Below, one piece after another: positions 37,853 to 49,887 of a stretch of DNA of 64,000 bases. A program made the translations under genes and the position numbers. The stretch lies in contig CP075493.1 in NCBI GenBank assembly GCA_021613535.1, positions 13,454,001 through 13,518,000 of the forward strand. Reading direction: 5' to 3'. The notes beneath the pieces are model-generated. The model searched no databases and had not been told where the DNA came from. It saw nothing but the letters and a program-made list of their open reading frames with translations. Every line of letters starts with the position of its first letter. Within the stretch, counting starts at the first letter, position 1. The DNA comes from Adineta vaga (lineage: Eukaryota > Animalia > Rotifera).

Positions 37853-38068
37853 TGGGGGTAGCACATTTACTTCACTTTTAAAAGTAACTACTTTTTGATT
37901 TATAGATGCCAAACATTTATCTGGTGTAATTCGTATATCAAAAGAAAGAGTATAAAATTTTATTACTATGTATTCGATAACGATATCGCTGTTGTGTGCG
38001 ATAATGCCTTTTTTTAATCGAGTAAAAAGTAGTTACTTTTGAAAAGTAATTGTAAAGTGCCATCCCTA
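37853..38068. mobile_element. hAT-like MITE
   Basis: ~50 bp imperfect TIRs (tgggggtagcac...aaaagtaactacttttt / aaaaagtagttacttttg...gtgccatcccta) with a degenerate 8-bp TSD, ataatagc / atcatggc. Confidence 0.6.
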
Positions 38069-38166
38069 ATCATGGCAGTAAGTCGCTACATCGCTATTGT
38101 TTTCCTGCGCAATTACTTTGATTATTCTGCTTACAGATTATAGATATAAACAAATCAATTGATAAC

Positions 38167-39207
38167 ATGGTTGAACCACAGACTACACGAATAAAGATTG
38201 TTTGGTCATGGAAATGTAATGCAGATCCTTTTGATAAAAAACAGACGGCAGAATGGAAACGTTATTCTGATTTAGAAATCGATTTTGTTGAAGAAAAATA
38301 CAAAAATAAAGAAAAATCTGTTGAATTGGGAGATTATATAGTAGACTTTAAAAAAATGGTTCAACATCGAAAAGATGATCCCAATCGACAAAGACCTGTT
38401 AAAAGAGAAGGTATGGATGTTAGACAATATGTACGAGAAGATCGATTTTGCACTGCAGAAAAACCGGCACAAATTTCCACATCATTTGGAGAGCCAGGTG
38501 AATTTTTTGAAAATGCTAAATTAATCGATGAATGGAAGCGAAAATATCAAAGTTTGTGTAGTTCTCAAGATTACTCAAAGGTGATTGAACAAGCAGCTCA
38601 AGGTATTATTCACGAAGGATACTTATTAAACGAAAAATCGGATGCTCAATTAATTGCTAAGAAATTACTTGGAGTAAAACATGAAACTCAAAGAAAAATT
38701 CATGATTGTTGCGTTCATATTTACTCCATGAATTCATTTTTATACAAATTAGTCAATGAATCATTGAGAAATGAAGATATGACGAAAGTTGATACATTAG
38801 GAGCATATTGTTATCTATTAGCATTGAATTTATACGACAATGACAAAGAAGATTCGACTCTTTATCGTGGATTGCAATTGACGGATGAAATGATCAATGA
38901 ATATAAAAATGCTGTTGGCAAACAAATTATTTGGTCTGCATTCACTTCTTTGACAAGATCGCTTACAGCAGTGGAGGGATTTTCAAAGAATACAATGTTT
39001 ATTGTTCGTCTTACAGGCAGTGCTTACTGTTCAAAAGATATCGCAAATCTATCAGAATATTCATATGAAGAAGAAGTATTATTGAGACCTGTGCATCCAC
39101 TGTGGGTTGAAAAGTTTGAGTATGACAAAGACAAAAAAAGATATCTTATCTATTTTAATGATGATCCAGATTATTGGCAAAAACAATCCGATAAACCATC
39201 ATCATGA
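38167..39207 (+). CDS. WWE-domain + R-S-E ADP-ribosyltransferase fusion
   Basis: WWE: WSW...EWKRYSDLEIDFVEEKY...YIVDFKKMVQ...RQRPVKR. ART: LYRG, FTSLT, YSYEEEVLL. Intact and intronless. Confidence 0.85.
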   Translation: MVEPQTTRIKIVWSWKCNADPFDKKQTAEWKRYSDLEIDFVEEKYKNKEKSVELGDYIVDFKKMVQHRKDDPNRQRPVKREGMDVRQYVREDRFCTAEKPAQISTSFGEPGEFFENAKLIDEWKRKYQSLCSSQDYSKVIEQAAQGIIHEGYLLNEKSDAQLIAKKLLGVKHETQRKIHDCCVHIYSMNSFLYKLVNESLRNEDMTKVDTLGAYCYLLALNLYDNDKEDSTLYRGLQLTDEMINEYKNAVGKQIIWSAFTSLTRSLTAVEGFSKNTMFIVRLTGSAYCSKDIANLSEYSYEEEVLLRPVHPLWVEKFEYDKDKKRYLIYFNDDPDYWQKQSDKPSS

Positions 39208-39514
39208 AATTGTAATACTGAAAAATATTTTAAAATAAATATCATATATTTCATCACGAAGATAAGAATCAGGTAAATGTCGATAACCCATTATTTATAG
39301 TCTCATATTCGCATTATTGCTTATAATATCATCTCTGCCCGTACTGTGTGTGAAATTATTGACGAAGCAAGAAATACACTAATTATGATATAAGAAAAAG
39401 AGAAATCCAAATTGAATCGTTCCCTTCTTAGTATCTTATGATGTCATGTGTCTTTATGAGTCAGTGGACACTACCAATATAACAATGTTCTGTTCTCTTT
39501 TGTTTTAACTATAT

Positions 39515-39889
39515 GTGATTGCTGCTCTTCATTCAAGTCTTCATGTTCAAGTTCATGATCTATTCAAAGCATTACTGTGTGATGAACAAGAATGTGTCTT
39601 ATCATTGATAGATGATGTAAATTACATGGCACGAGTGATTCGACGTGATTGCAAGCGAAAAGATTATTCATTTCCTTACTGTACTGTCTGCTTAGATCTA
39701 GCGAAAGAATATCAAGAATCGAAAATTGTCGGAGCACTTGGAGCAATGGTACAATCCGAAAAATTTCTCGATTTAGTGAAAAATCATGATGAAAGAGCAA
39801 TCATCGTTGCCCAAGAAATGTTTAATGACGACGAGAAAACATTCGATTTTGACTATCAATTAAGTTTACGGTTAGAAAATAATAAATAA
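39515..39889 (+). CDS. Orphan helical ORF fragment of unknown function
   Basis: 124-codon open frame with protein-like composition but no ATG start. Confidence 0.3.
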   Translation: MIAALHSSLHVQVHDLFKALLCDEQECVLSLIDDVNYMARVIRRDCKRKDYSFPYCTVCLDLAKEYQESKIVGALGAMVQSEKFLDLVKNHDERAIIVAQEMFNDDEKTFDFDYQLSLRLENNK

Positions 39890-40003
39890 ATCACTCATAC
39901 CCTCTAAACTGTTGTGTCTAAGTTACAACTTCGGCACGACATATACAGGAAATCTCGAGTAAATAAGTAAAGTCTTGACAAAATCATAGATAATTATTCG
40001 GTT

Positions 40004-42571
40004 CTATGTGTAAACTATTAAATATTCAGCATACGCTTGAGCATCGTGATAGGTGACGAAAATGTGATTACCATCAGTAGTTGAATCATATCCAACAGGT
40101 GGAATTTTCATTGACTTATCGCCCTTAACTGTTCTTCCAACTAAAACTCGTGCCACAAACATATGCCGTTCACCCGTTGCATTTGGCTTTGCATAGCCAT
40201 GACTATAAGTGGCGTCGGATGAGAAATAAACACCAACACCATAAGCTATGCCTTGAAACAAAATAATATGGATGTAGTAAAGAGAAAATAAAAATTAAGT
40301 TTACCATTTGCTCCTGCATAACTTCGATTGAAACAACTATTAATAATCGAGATAGCTGCCTGTTCTGGACAACCATGATATAAACATTTTTCAGTGTCTG
40401 CTTCAATACGTGATTTAAAATTTTTACAATGCGCCACGTATTGAACATACCAATGTTCATTTTGAATTCTCTCTATTCGTATTAATCTGGTATATTTTCC
40501 TTGCATTGTTATACTGAAATTAGTTACAAGTGAATGATATTCATTCCCTGTATTTAATAGTTCAAAGCGTATCTGATGCGTTTTTGATTTTTCCCAAGTT
40601 GTGGGCAGTTGATAGTGAATTGACTCTTGAGGATCTATAGAAGAAAAGCAACAAAATTGTCAAATGTCGTTACATTTGTTCATTGAACAAAAATCTTTTT
40701 CCTTCTGTATTTATAATACTCATAACTGTTTTACTTTCAATATTTGCGTCTTTCGTTCTCATAATAAATCGTAGATTAAACTATTGTAGCAAATGAAATT
40801 TTTATGCATTATCAAGTCAAAGAGTGAACTTTTAATTCTTCTATGCGCGCATCTCGAATGAAGAAATTTCATAAGTTTATCACTTCGATCATTGTTAAAG
40901 ATTTAAATAGTCTATACTGTAGTGTTGAGTATAAGAAGTAAAAGAAAAAATTAACAATACCATTTTGTGTTTCTGTAATTCGTTTAATAAATTCATCATA
41001 AACATTTTGTTGCTTGGGCTCTATGACAAATCTTGCTGTCAGAGGTATATTTCTTCTAGTTAATTGATTTTTTGTTTCATTCACCATTGTCTCAACCACA
41101 ATATCTATCGAGCAGCCATGTTGTCCACATCCCAGAGCTGGAAATGCGAAAGAGGTAAAGTTATAAGAGATCACATTTTGTATAACAGTCCAAACTAGAT
41201 CAACAAGGGATTGTCGAAGTACTGTCTGATCGTTATCGGGTTTCCATTTGACAAAAAAGATTCGTTTGCATGGTAGAGCACCTGGTGGTGTTGAAATTAA
41301 TATGCTATTTGGATTATTTCTATATTCATTTTTATATGATGTTTGAACTTCATCTCCAGCTGCTTTTATAATAGCTTTTTTTAAAATGTCCGATGATGAG
41401 CTTCCTATAATAACATCTACCTATCAAATATGAAAGATTACGTTTTTATGTTAGTCGATCGCAATTTATATACAAATATACCCTTTGCGTTGTTATGTCA
41501 CCTTTAACAGCTTCGATGAGCCCGTTGTTAACATTTGTAGTTATCATTTTTCGTGGTTTTACTGGTGGCGGTGGCGGTGGTGAGAAAGAGCGTGATTGTC
41601 TTCTTGATGAAGGTCGTGATGTAATAGGACGTCGTGATTCCCTACGTGACTGTTCCGGTAAACGAAAACGCACCGGTGAAGTGGAAGACGAGCGGGATCG
41701 TCTTCTATAAGTTTGCACTGTTTTTGGAGGATATCGTGGCCATTCATTTGGAGATCCTGATAAATTCGAACGCATTGGTGAAGTGGAAGATGAGCGTGAC
41801 AATCGGTTCGGCGAATGTGATGGTGACATTGCGGGCATAACAATGCATAATAATTTCTGATGTAGATGCTCTTGTGAAGTGAGGCGTGGTGGTGAAGTGG
41901 AAGACGAACGCGATAATCTTGGCGATGCGATTCTTGGCGGTGTCATCGGAGGCGACTTTGATGCCGATGAAGAAGGTGAAATCACTGAAGGCTGTAATCT
42001 GTCGATTTGCGTCTTAAATTCTTGGTAAATGTTAATCTTTTCTTCTTCTATGACAAATAAAATCGAAAGAAAATATTTCTGTAACATTCGATGCGCCTCT
42101 TGAACCATCGCTTCAGCGACAATGCTAACTGAACAGCCGAACCGACCGCAACCGATGGCAGGAAATGCGACACTTTTATAATTGTCTTCTGCTGCTCGCT
42201 GTATAGTAATAGAAACAAGTTTTTCGATAGATTGTTGTAGGAGCATTGCGTTTGAATTCTTTTGCCATTGAACAAAATAAACCATTTTCGATGTCAGTCG
42301 TCCCTCAGCTTCAACAGCAATGAGAGAATAGTTTGGATCTCGTTTTGACTCAACATCGAAAGATGCTTTGAATGAGTCCCCACCAGCTTTGCAAATCGCT
42401 TTGCATAAGTATTCCGATGAAGCACATACAACGATAACGTCCGTCTAGAGTTAAACGAGGATATGTTCACTTCGAGTAAAAATCTTATGTGAATTACTCA
42501 CTTGTTGCTTTGTCAAGTCACCGCTACAGATATTGATCGATGTTTCTGCACCCTTTAATATAAAAGGATCT
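40004..42571 (-). CDS. Macro-PARP (2 macrodomains + PARP catalytic domain; PARP14/15-like mono-ART)
   Basis: GDLTKQQ|TDVIV...FPAIGCG and GDITTQR|VDVII...FPALGCG. PARP: LYHG, FNRSYAGAN|GIAYGVGVYF, MFVARVLVG, YDST, QAYAEYLIVY. The 5' exon is uncertain. Confidence 0.88.
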
Positions 42572-44166
42572 GGTAAAAAATCTTTTCGATAAAAAGTAAA
42601 AGTGTGAACTTACTATATTAATGAAGAAGCTATATCGTTCACATTCATTACCGTCTCAATAAAAACAAAACATGATTTTACGTACGAGAATACTGATTTA
42701 TTTAGATTGAACGAATTTTGAGAAAGTAATAGTTATTTCATACGCTTCTTACAGAGAATAAATTTTCGAATCTCGATAAATAAAGTATTTTCTCTATATG
42801 ATCAGACTTCCTTTTCAAATATCACTATTGCTTCTTTCTGCATAATAATGTGAATTTTAAAGGATGTTTACTTGAAATATGTAGCTTATAATTGAAAATT
42901 ATTCCACATCGTTTCTTTTCAGATATTACGTTTTGAAAAATCATGAAATACGCTTCCATACAAACTTACCATCGATTCGAATGTTCTGTTCTCTTATTCT
43001 TTCGATGTAATGCATGCATCGCATTGTATTGATGAATTTATATATTACTTTTCATGATGACGTGCGTTGTATTATTATTTACTTGGAATATTCATCATTC
43101 TTTTTTTTCGATAGAAGCCATTACATTTCTCACGAATTTATTTTTAAGGAAGACATGTTGTGAAACACACGAAGTTTGCAGTTTCCTTAAGACGAATCAA
43201 CAGAAAATCCTATTAAATAGGTGAAAATGTGAGCTCAAGGAAGCAAAGTGGTATTGACTATTCTCATTCACACACTCTCAAGACGTGCAATACAGAAGAA
43301 AAGAGAAAAGTAAAATTAGATGTGTAAGTTGGAAAAAAAACATTGCCATCTTTGTATTTTGTTTGACTCATTGTATTTTTTCCGAAAAAATAACGAAAAG
43401 TTTACTTTAATCCGTCCACCTACCCACTTCCTGGCACACACAACAATTTAGGAAATAACATATGCAGATGATACAGAGATGTCATAGAATCGAATTATTT
43501 TCGTTTTTTTCATCCTAATAAATTGAATATAAGTTAAAACAAAAAACCCAATAGTCATAACTGTCTGTGCGAAAAGATTCTTTCATAAATCCTATAAAGA
43601 AGCATGAGCGATAGCTGGAATTTAAAAAAAGCACAAAATCTTTAGTAATCGATGACTTTATACTCCAGAAAGATCATTTAGATACTTTTTATGTAATTCG
43701 ATACTTCATGCGCATTCATTCCAAATTCTATATACCTGATATTTTAAAAGAGATGTCATATGATCATTATTATGAAACCTGACTCAAGTTTTTGTAGTTA
43801 TTTCTCTGGTATTCAAATATATCCAAAATGTTTTGTTCCTTCTATCTGAAAATGTAAACTTCCCGAAAATAATTTTTAAGTTACATCATTGTTTCACAAT
43901 TGTCACGATCAATTTAATTAGATTATGCAACTGAAAATAGGTACTTTCTTATATTTTATATACAGCATTAAGATAAATGCTAAAAGCTGTTTATTATAAG
44001 AAGCAATTCATCCGTCTTAAAAGCTAAGTTATAAAATTCTATTAAACTTACTCAGCAGATGATAATTACTGTCTATAATGTTTTTCAGAGAGGGAGGTAA
44101 TTACTAACACGCGCAACATTTCTAACATTTCATTAACTTCATATCTAAAGTTGAATACGACGAAGG

Positions 44167-45181
44167 ATGTCATCAATACCAGAGAATTTTCTCGAAATTT
44201 TGAACATTGTTCAACATCTTCTGTATCATTATGTATTACCAATATTTATAGCACTTGGTACAGTCGGAAATATATTGAATTTAATCGTTTTTCTTCAACC
44301 TTACCTTCGTAAAAATCCATGTTCAATCTATGTCCTAGCATATACTGTCGCTAGTATTTGTTGGATTGATTTCATTGCTCTCACAGCTTCGTTTAGTGTT
44401 GGTTTTTCATTCGATTTTAGTTTACAATCACCAATTAGTTGCCGTATTCGTACTTATATAGTTTACGTAACTATTAATTTACTACCTGCTTTTCTTATTT
44501 TGACTGCATTTGATCGTATGTGTGTAAGTTCAAAACGATCGATTATTCGTCAGTATAGTACAATGAAAATGGCTGCTTATTCTATTTGTGGTGTGACATT
44601 ATTTTGGTTGTTATTCAATATTCCTGCTTTGATTTACACTAATGTTACACAACTTCCGACAGGACAATCGATTTGCACACCATTACCTGACAATTTCTTT
44701 AATAAGTTCATTTTTATATTCTTTGCCGTGAGTTATGGACTTCTGCCACCAATAATATTAATCATTTTAGGGTAAGTTTCCCTTCTCTGTAAGACACGAA
44801 AGATTAATATTGATTCGTTTTCTTTGTAGATCCATTACGCTGGCTAACTTGATTCGCACTCTCAACACAGTTCTGCCTATTACTGAACTCTGTCAATATC
44901 GTCCAAATAAGAAGGAACAACAATTGATGATTATGATTCTCATACAAATATGTGTGACAGTTCTCTGTCAGTTTCCATCGTCTATCTTTCAAGTGTATGC
45001 AGTCGTTACCCGTGATGATGAAAAATCTTATGAAAGACTTATTCTTGAATTATTTGTTTATAATTTACTTGTTTTTATTTTGTTTCTACCACCTTGTTTA
45101 AGTTTCTATGTTTATTTTACAACAGCAAAGACGTTCAGAAATGAATTGAAACATCTTATTAAAACACTAAGATGTTTTTAA
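44167..45181 (+). CDS. Orphan rhodopsin-like GPCR (2 exons)
   Basis: GTVGNILN, LRKNPCSIY, AFDRM, CQFP, FYVYFTTAKTFR; intron ~44772-44830. Confidence 0.85.
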
Positions 45182-46163
45182 CATTCAGCTTTGATTCTTT
45201 TTTTGTATATACGTAACCTCCCTTTATGTTTATGCTTACTCATCTCATACGAAAAAAGTGGTCCTCCTCAATTTCATCATAAGAACATCTTTTTGTTAAA
45301 AGAATTGTTTTTTTCGAACATTCGTTTTCCTAATTACAGAAAAAAGAAGATTACTGTAATATTTGAATGACAAATGACAAGTAATTGCGAGATTTTTATG
45401 AATATAGGGATGATCAAGAGATTATTTGTATTTCTAAAACACACTTACGGTATACTAGAAATAAGAAAAAAAGAAAATTGCTATCAATGCATACTATTAA
45501 CTATTTCTTTCAATTTCTAATATAATTTGAACTTATTTATCGTTTGATTTTTCAATAGTTCAATAAATACATATATGTTTCGTAGATACTTGATATTATT
45601 CTATCAAATAGGTAAAAAATAACTTGTTTATACATATTATTGCAGAACACGTGAGAGATAAAGAAAAAAGAACGTTGATATTAATGATTGGAATATAGAA
45701 AAATATGAAATTATTGAAGGTTTTTCTCGAACGAGTAATGAATGAGAAATAATAAAAACATACCTGTATATTAATGAATGTATTATATGCAATATAGGTA
45801 AAGAGAAGAGTAAGTCACAAAGAAAGGCTAATAGAGCATCAGACCATGTCGTATAGAGGCAAACGAAAGAATATGAAATATATTAAGCTCGATCGCTACA
45901 CATTTTTTTTTGTCACTTTATACAAGTCGTTAGTAGAAATAGAAGAGTTAAATCACAGGTAAGTATTTATTTATGAAAAAGCTATATACGTTGCTTGCTT
46001 GTACATCGATAAGCAAATAATCGAGTAGTTCCCATATAATATATGTTTGTATGTAGTTTATTCTATGGCAAGTTGACTTTTATGTAACCTAGTTTATTTT
46101 CAATAACTCTTATAATCGATACTAAAATATGCATCGGATTTTGATATTGTAGATACAAACAAC

Positions 46164-46760
46164 ATGTCAAAATCTAACGGATCTGCAGTATGTTTTTCAG
46201 TGTCAATGTGTATTTTAATTTTCCTGATAATTGCGTCATTAATTGTCGCTATAGTCGGAACTAGAACTTATATTTCCGAGAAGAAGGCTTTGACCACCTA
46301 CAAAGAAACAAAATGTTTAGTTACAAATTATACGTTGATTCAGAAAAATTGTACAAGCGAAACTTGTACCGGTACCGGTCTCTTTCGTATATGTCGAAAA
46401 ACCATCAATCTATGTAACAGACAATCCTATGGTGTACAGTACAATGTTTCAAATGGACAAACAATCCAAACGACATTCAATGGAACTGGTGGACCAGGAG
46501 CCAATTCGGTATGTATTTTACATTTGCTCAAAATATCATTATCTACTTCTGTATTACAATTTTAGGTTAATCACACGTATACATGTTACTATCTTAACAC
46601 CAACTTATATGTATTTCGATGGGATTGGCCACAACCACGTCAACATTTGATTATGATGGTGGTAGGATGGATATGCTTTGGTGTGTTTACTTTATTAGCA
46701 ATCGGTGGTTCGGTTTTTGTGTGTATTAGAAAAAATTCTAGCTACAATCAACTATCATAA
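46164..46760 (+). CDS. Two-TM protein with a Cys-rich extracellular loop (BK-channel beta-subunit-like topology)
   Basis: TM1, TKCLV...CTSETC...C loop, intron ~46509-46566, TCYY...RW, TM2. Confidence 0.55.
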
Positions 46761-47129
46761 ACTGTTTCTAGCAATACAGTTTAACGATACATTCATAAGT
46801 ACAATAACAATTACAAATCCATTATTTCATTCATGTTTTTCTTTTAATATTTCTTCTCACATATGCATCCGTATTTCTCTTAAGAGTCCTCATTTTCCTT
46901 CATTTTTTTTTGGAAAAAAAATTAATTGCAATTTACTTGTTATTTGATACGCGCATTTTTTTTCAGATTCACAAGTGTATTGTCACCAAAATGAGAGAGA
47001 AAGAGAGAATATGTGAACTTAAATGGGATTACAATTTCTCACAAAATTACTTTTATCAGTAATTTTCATTCAATTATCATCTGGATATGATATGTATTTT
47101 ACATTGTTTCCATGAAAATTGTATTTTAA

Positions 47130-47487
47130 CCCTTTAACGGGCGACTTTTCGATGAACAGTTTTTGCTGATATTTATCGCGCGGTTATGTATGATGTGCCT
47201 CGTTATAGCGATCAGTATGAGAATAGTTTACATAAACGGTTTAGCAAAGGGAGAACAATATATAATTCTTGTTTTACCTTAATACAATAGATTTGATTAT
47301 TTTTTTCCCTTTGCTAAACCGTTTATGTAAACTATTCTCATACTGATCGCTATATAACGAGGCACATCATACAAACTTGCGCGATAAATATCATCAAAAA
47401 GTGATCATATAAAATCTATGCGTGAAATGGCTTAGATGACCAAATAGAGAAAAGTGGTACATATATGTACCACCGCCCGTGAAAGGG
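47130..47487. mobile_element. piggyBac-type MITE with a long internal palindrome
   Basis: ttaa|ccctttaacgggcg ... cgcccgtgaaaggg|ttaa (13/14 TIR match); internal inverted arms 47161-47260 / 47298-47400. Confidence 0.85.
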
Positions 47488-47959
47488 TTAATAATAGAAG
47501 AGAATCTTACCTGATGCCAGAGATGGTTTATTACTTGAACGAAAAAGAAGAGCAATCCGAATAACTATTGCAATTATTATAGTGATTATAAATACTATAA
47601 TTAAACTGATGCTTTGCCATGGAGTGAATATACCAACACATGGTTAGTGAAAACTTTTGAAGAAACTCACTTCCAAAGAATACTCTTTATTAAGAAGTGT
47701 GTTTGTCAAATTCTTAGCTGATTTTGTTTTTGTGAAAGTTAAGAAAAACAGTATAGAACATAGTTATCATACGCATTTGAACTAATGCTAGTCACCATAG
47801 TAGGAAAATCAATGAAAACTAGTATAGTTTCACAGAAGCGACACCGATAGATTCTTTTTTATATTTGTATCATCTTGGTGTTAATGAAAAAACAAATTAA
47901 AAAAATCAGCGTTTATTATCTCTTTGAGTGATTACAAAATATGTAGTAAACAAATATAT

Positions 47960-49041
47960 CTATCCATGAAATTCATTTGTATCGTCGGTATTAGTTGTAT
48001 TGTTATTCCATAACTATAAAAATTAAAATAAAGCAATGCTCTCTTTCATAAAGAATAGTTGAACATATAGATACTCACCTTGAGATTGTCTAGAAGTTGC
48101 TGTAAGATAGGAGTACATACTAACAACGAATCAAAAGAATGGTTGAATTCACCATGAGTTTAAGTAATTACCTCTGTAGGCTTCTCCGTCGAGTTCTGTG
48201 AGCCCGCGGAAACCATCATCGAAAGCCTATAAAATAAATATTTGATTGAATGAAACAAATTCGATGTATCATATCAAACGAACCTCTTTAGCCAAGCAAC
48301 AAGCAATATGTTTTTTATTGAGAATTTCAAAATAGAAGACAGACAAGCTGAGAGCAAGACTAAGCCGCATGGGATTGGTTACTCTTGTGTGAGTTTTAGC
48401 TATTTCAAAACCATCCCTGTAAGCACGTTCTGATTCTTCAGCAAATCCTTTAATAATGATATTATTTCTATAATATTTATTGTCTCATACATAGATCAAG
48501 ACATTACTTTGTCGATCATCACTGTTCGCAACTTCAGTTAAATATCGATTATAGTCGCCTTTCATTTTCAAATAGAACATCTTCGATTCAGATGTTCTCG
48601 CTTTTGGATTGAGATATCTATTGAGCAACGTCTAAATTAATAAAAATTTACATTTTAAAATGAATTCTAATTATTCAATTCTTACTAAAACTTCGTTACA
48701 GGATTCCATTAATTCAATTTTAATTGTTTTCTGATATTTCTTTGCTATTTCTCTTTGAAATTCAGAGCTTTCGACGTCTTGTACAACTTCCGATAAAGTT
48801 TGCCAAGCTAATCGGTATGCAATAACTACTTGTTTGTAAGAAATCGAGAATAGATTCCGTTCTTCATCTGTTAATTCACCATCCATTTCAATGATCTTTC
48901 TCATGGCCACTATCATATCAGGATATCTAAATAGAAATTCATATAATATCGATACGTATATACAATGAAAATTAACACTGCATACCGTTTAGCTTGTTCA
49001 GCTAATTTTGCTAGTTCCAGTTGTTCATTTCTATTTATCAT
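47960..49041 (-). CDS. Divergent 14-3-3 protein (multi-exon)
   Basis: [74 protein letters not shown]. Confidence 0.88.
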
Positions 49042-49816
49042 TTTTCTATATTGTTTTCTACGATGACTTGTTGGAAAAATTCACTATCTATAGACTAGAA
49101 ATTATATGAAAGAAATTTTACTATCATAAATCAATTATAATACAGTTCTTTTTGAATGTTGTACTTTGTGTAGCAGCGATAGGTAACCCAAATTGACATG
49201 AGATATGGTAAGCAGAAAACGCTTAATTGATTAGTCATTTGCATACACAGAACGAGCGTCGGATGGCGCACAAAGCCTGTTGTACACTGCAACGTCGTTA
49301 CTAAGCGACTATAGAATCTGTATGACAAATTATATTTCAATATGCAAGAGAAGAGGGCGTTGGTTTAATATTATCACGAAGTTACATGGGTAAAATTTAT
49401 ATTTTCCATGAATGAAAATAGTTTTTTTCGTATCATAGATATTTTTACACGGAATAATTTTTTTTGTATCTTGAAACTTAACGTTCTTACTAACTTTCTC
49501 TATGTAAATATGGGAATTAAAACATTATGTTCTCTTAAAAGAATGCATGGATAAGGTACATACATTACACTCACATCCACACCCGAGAAAAAAAATTTGA
49601 GAATTACGAGGCATATACAGGGAAACTATCTTATATCCAGTCATACTCTTAAAAACCAGCTTTCTAGTAGACAATATAAACTTATATTCATAAGTATACT
49701 GAAGAAAGCGAATAGATAAACGTAGATATTACAGCTGTGAAACAAAACGTCAAATAACTTATATCTATCGTTAAGGGATCGATCGATGATACAAGTGAAG
49801 GAAAACAAAAATACAG

Positions 49817-49887
49817 AGCACTGGCCGAGAATCGAACCCGGGTCACTCCCACTGTAAAAGAGCATTATACCACTAAACCACCAGCGC
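49817..49887 (-). tRNA. tRNA-like gene: Gly-type body with ACA anticodon (possible pseudogene)
   Basis: GCGCTGG TG GTTT AGTGGTA TAAT G CTCTT TTACAGT GGGAG TGAC CCGGG TTCGATT CTCGG CCAGTGC T; A/B boxes intact, T5 run just downstream. Confidence 0.7.
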
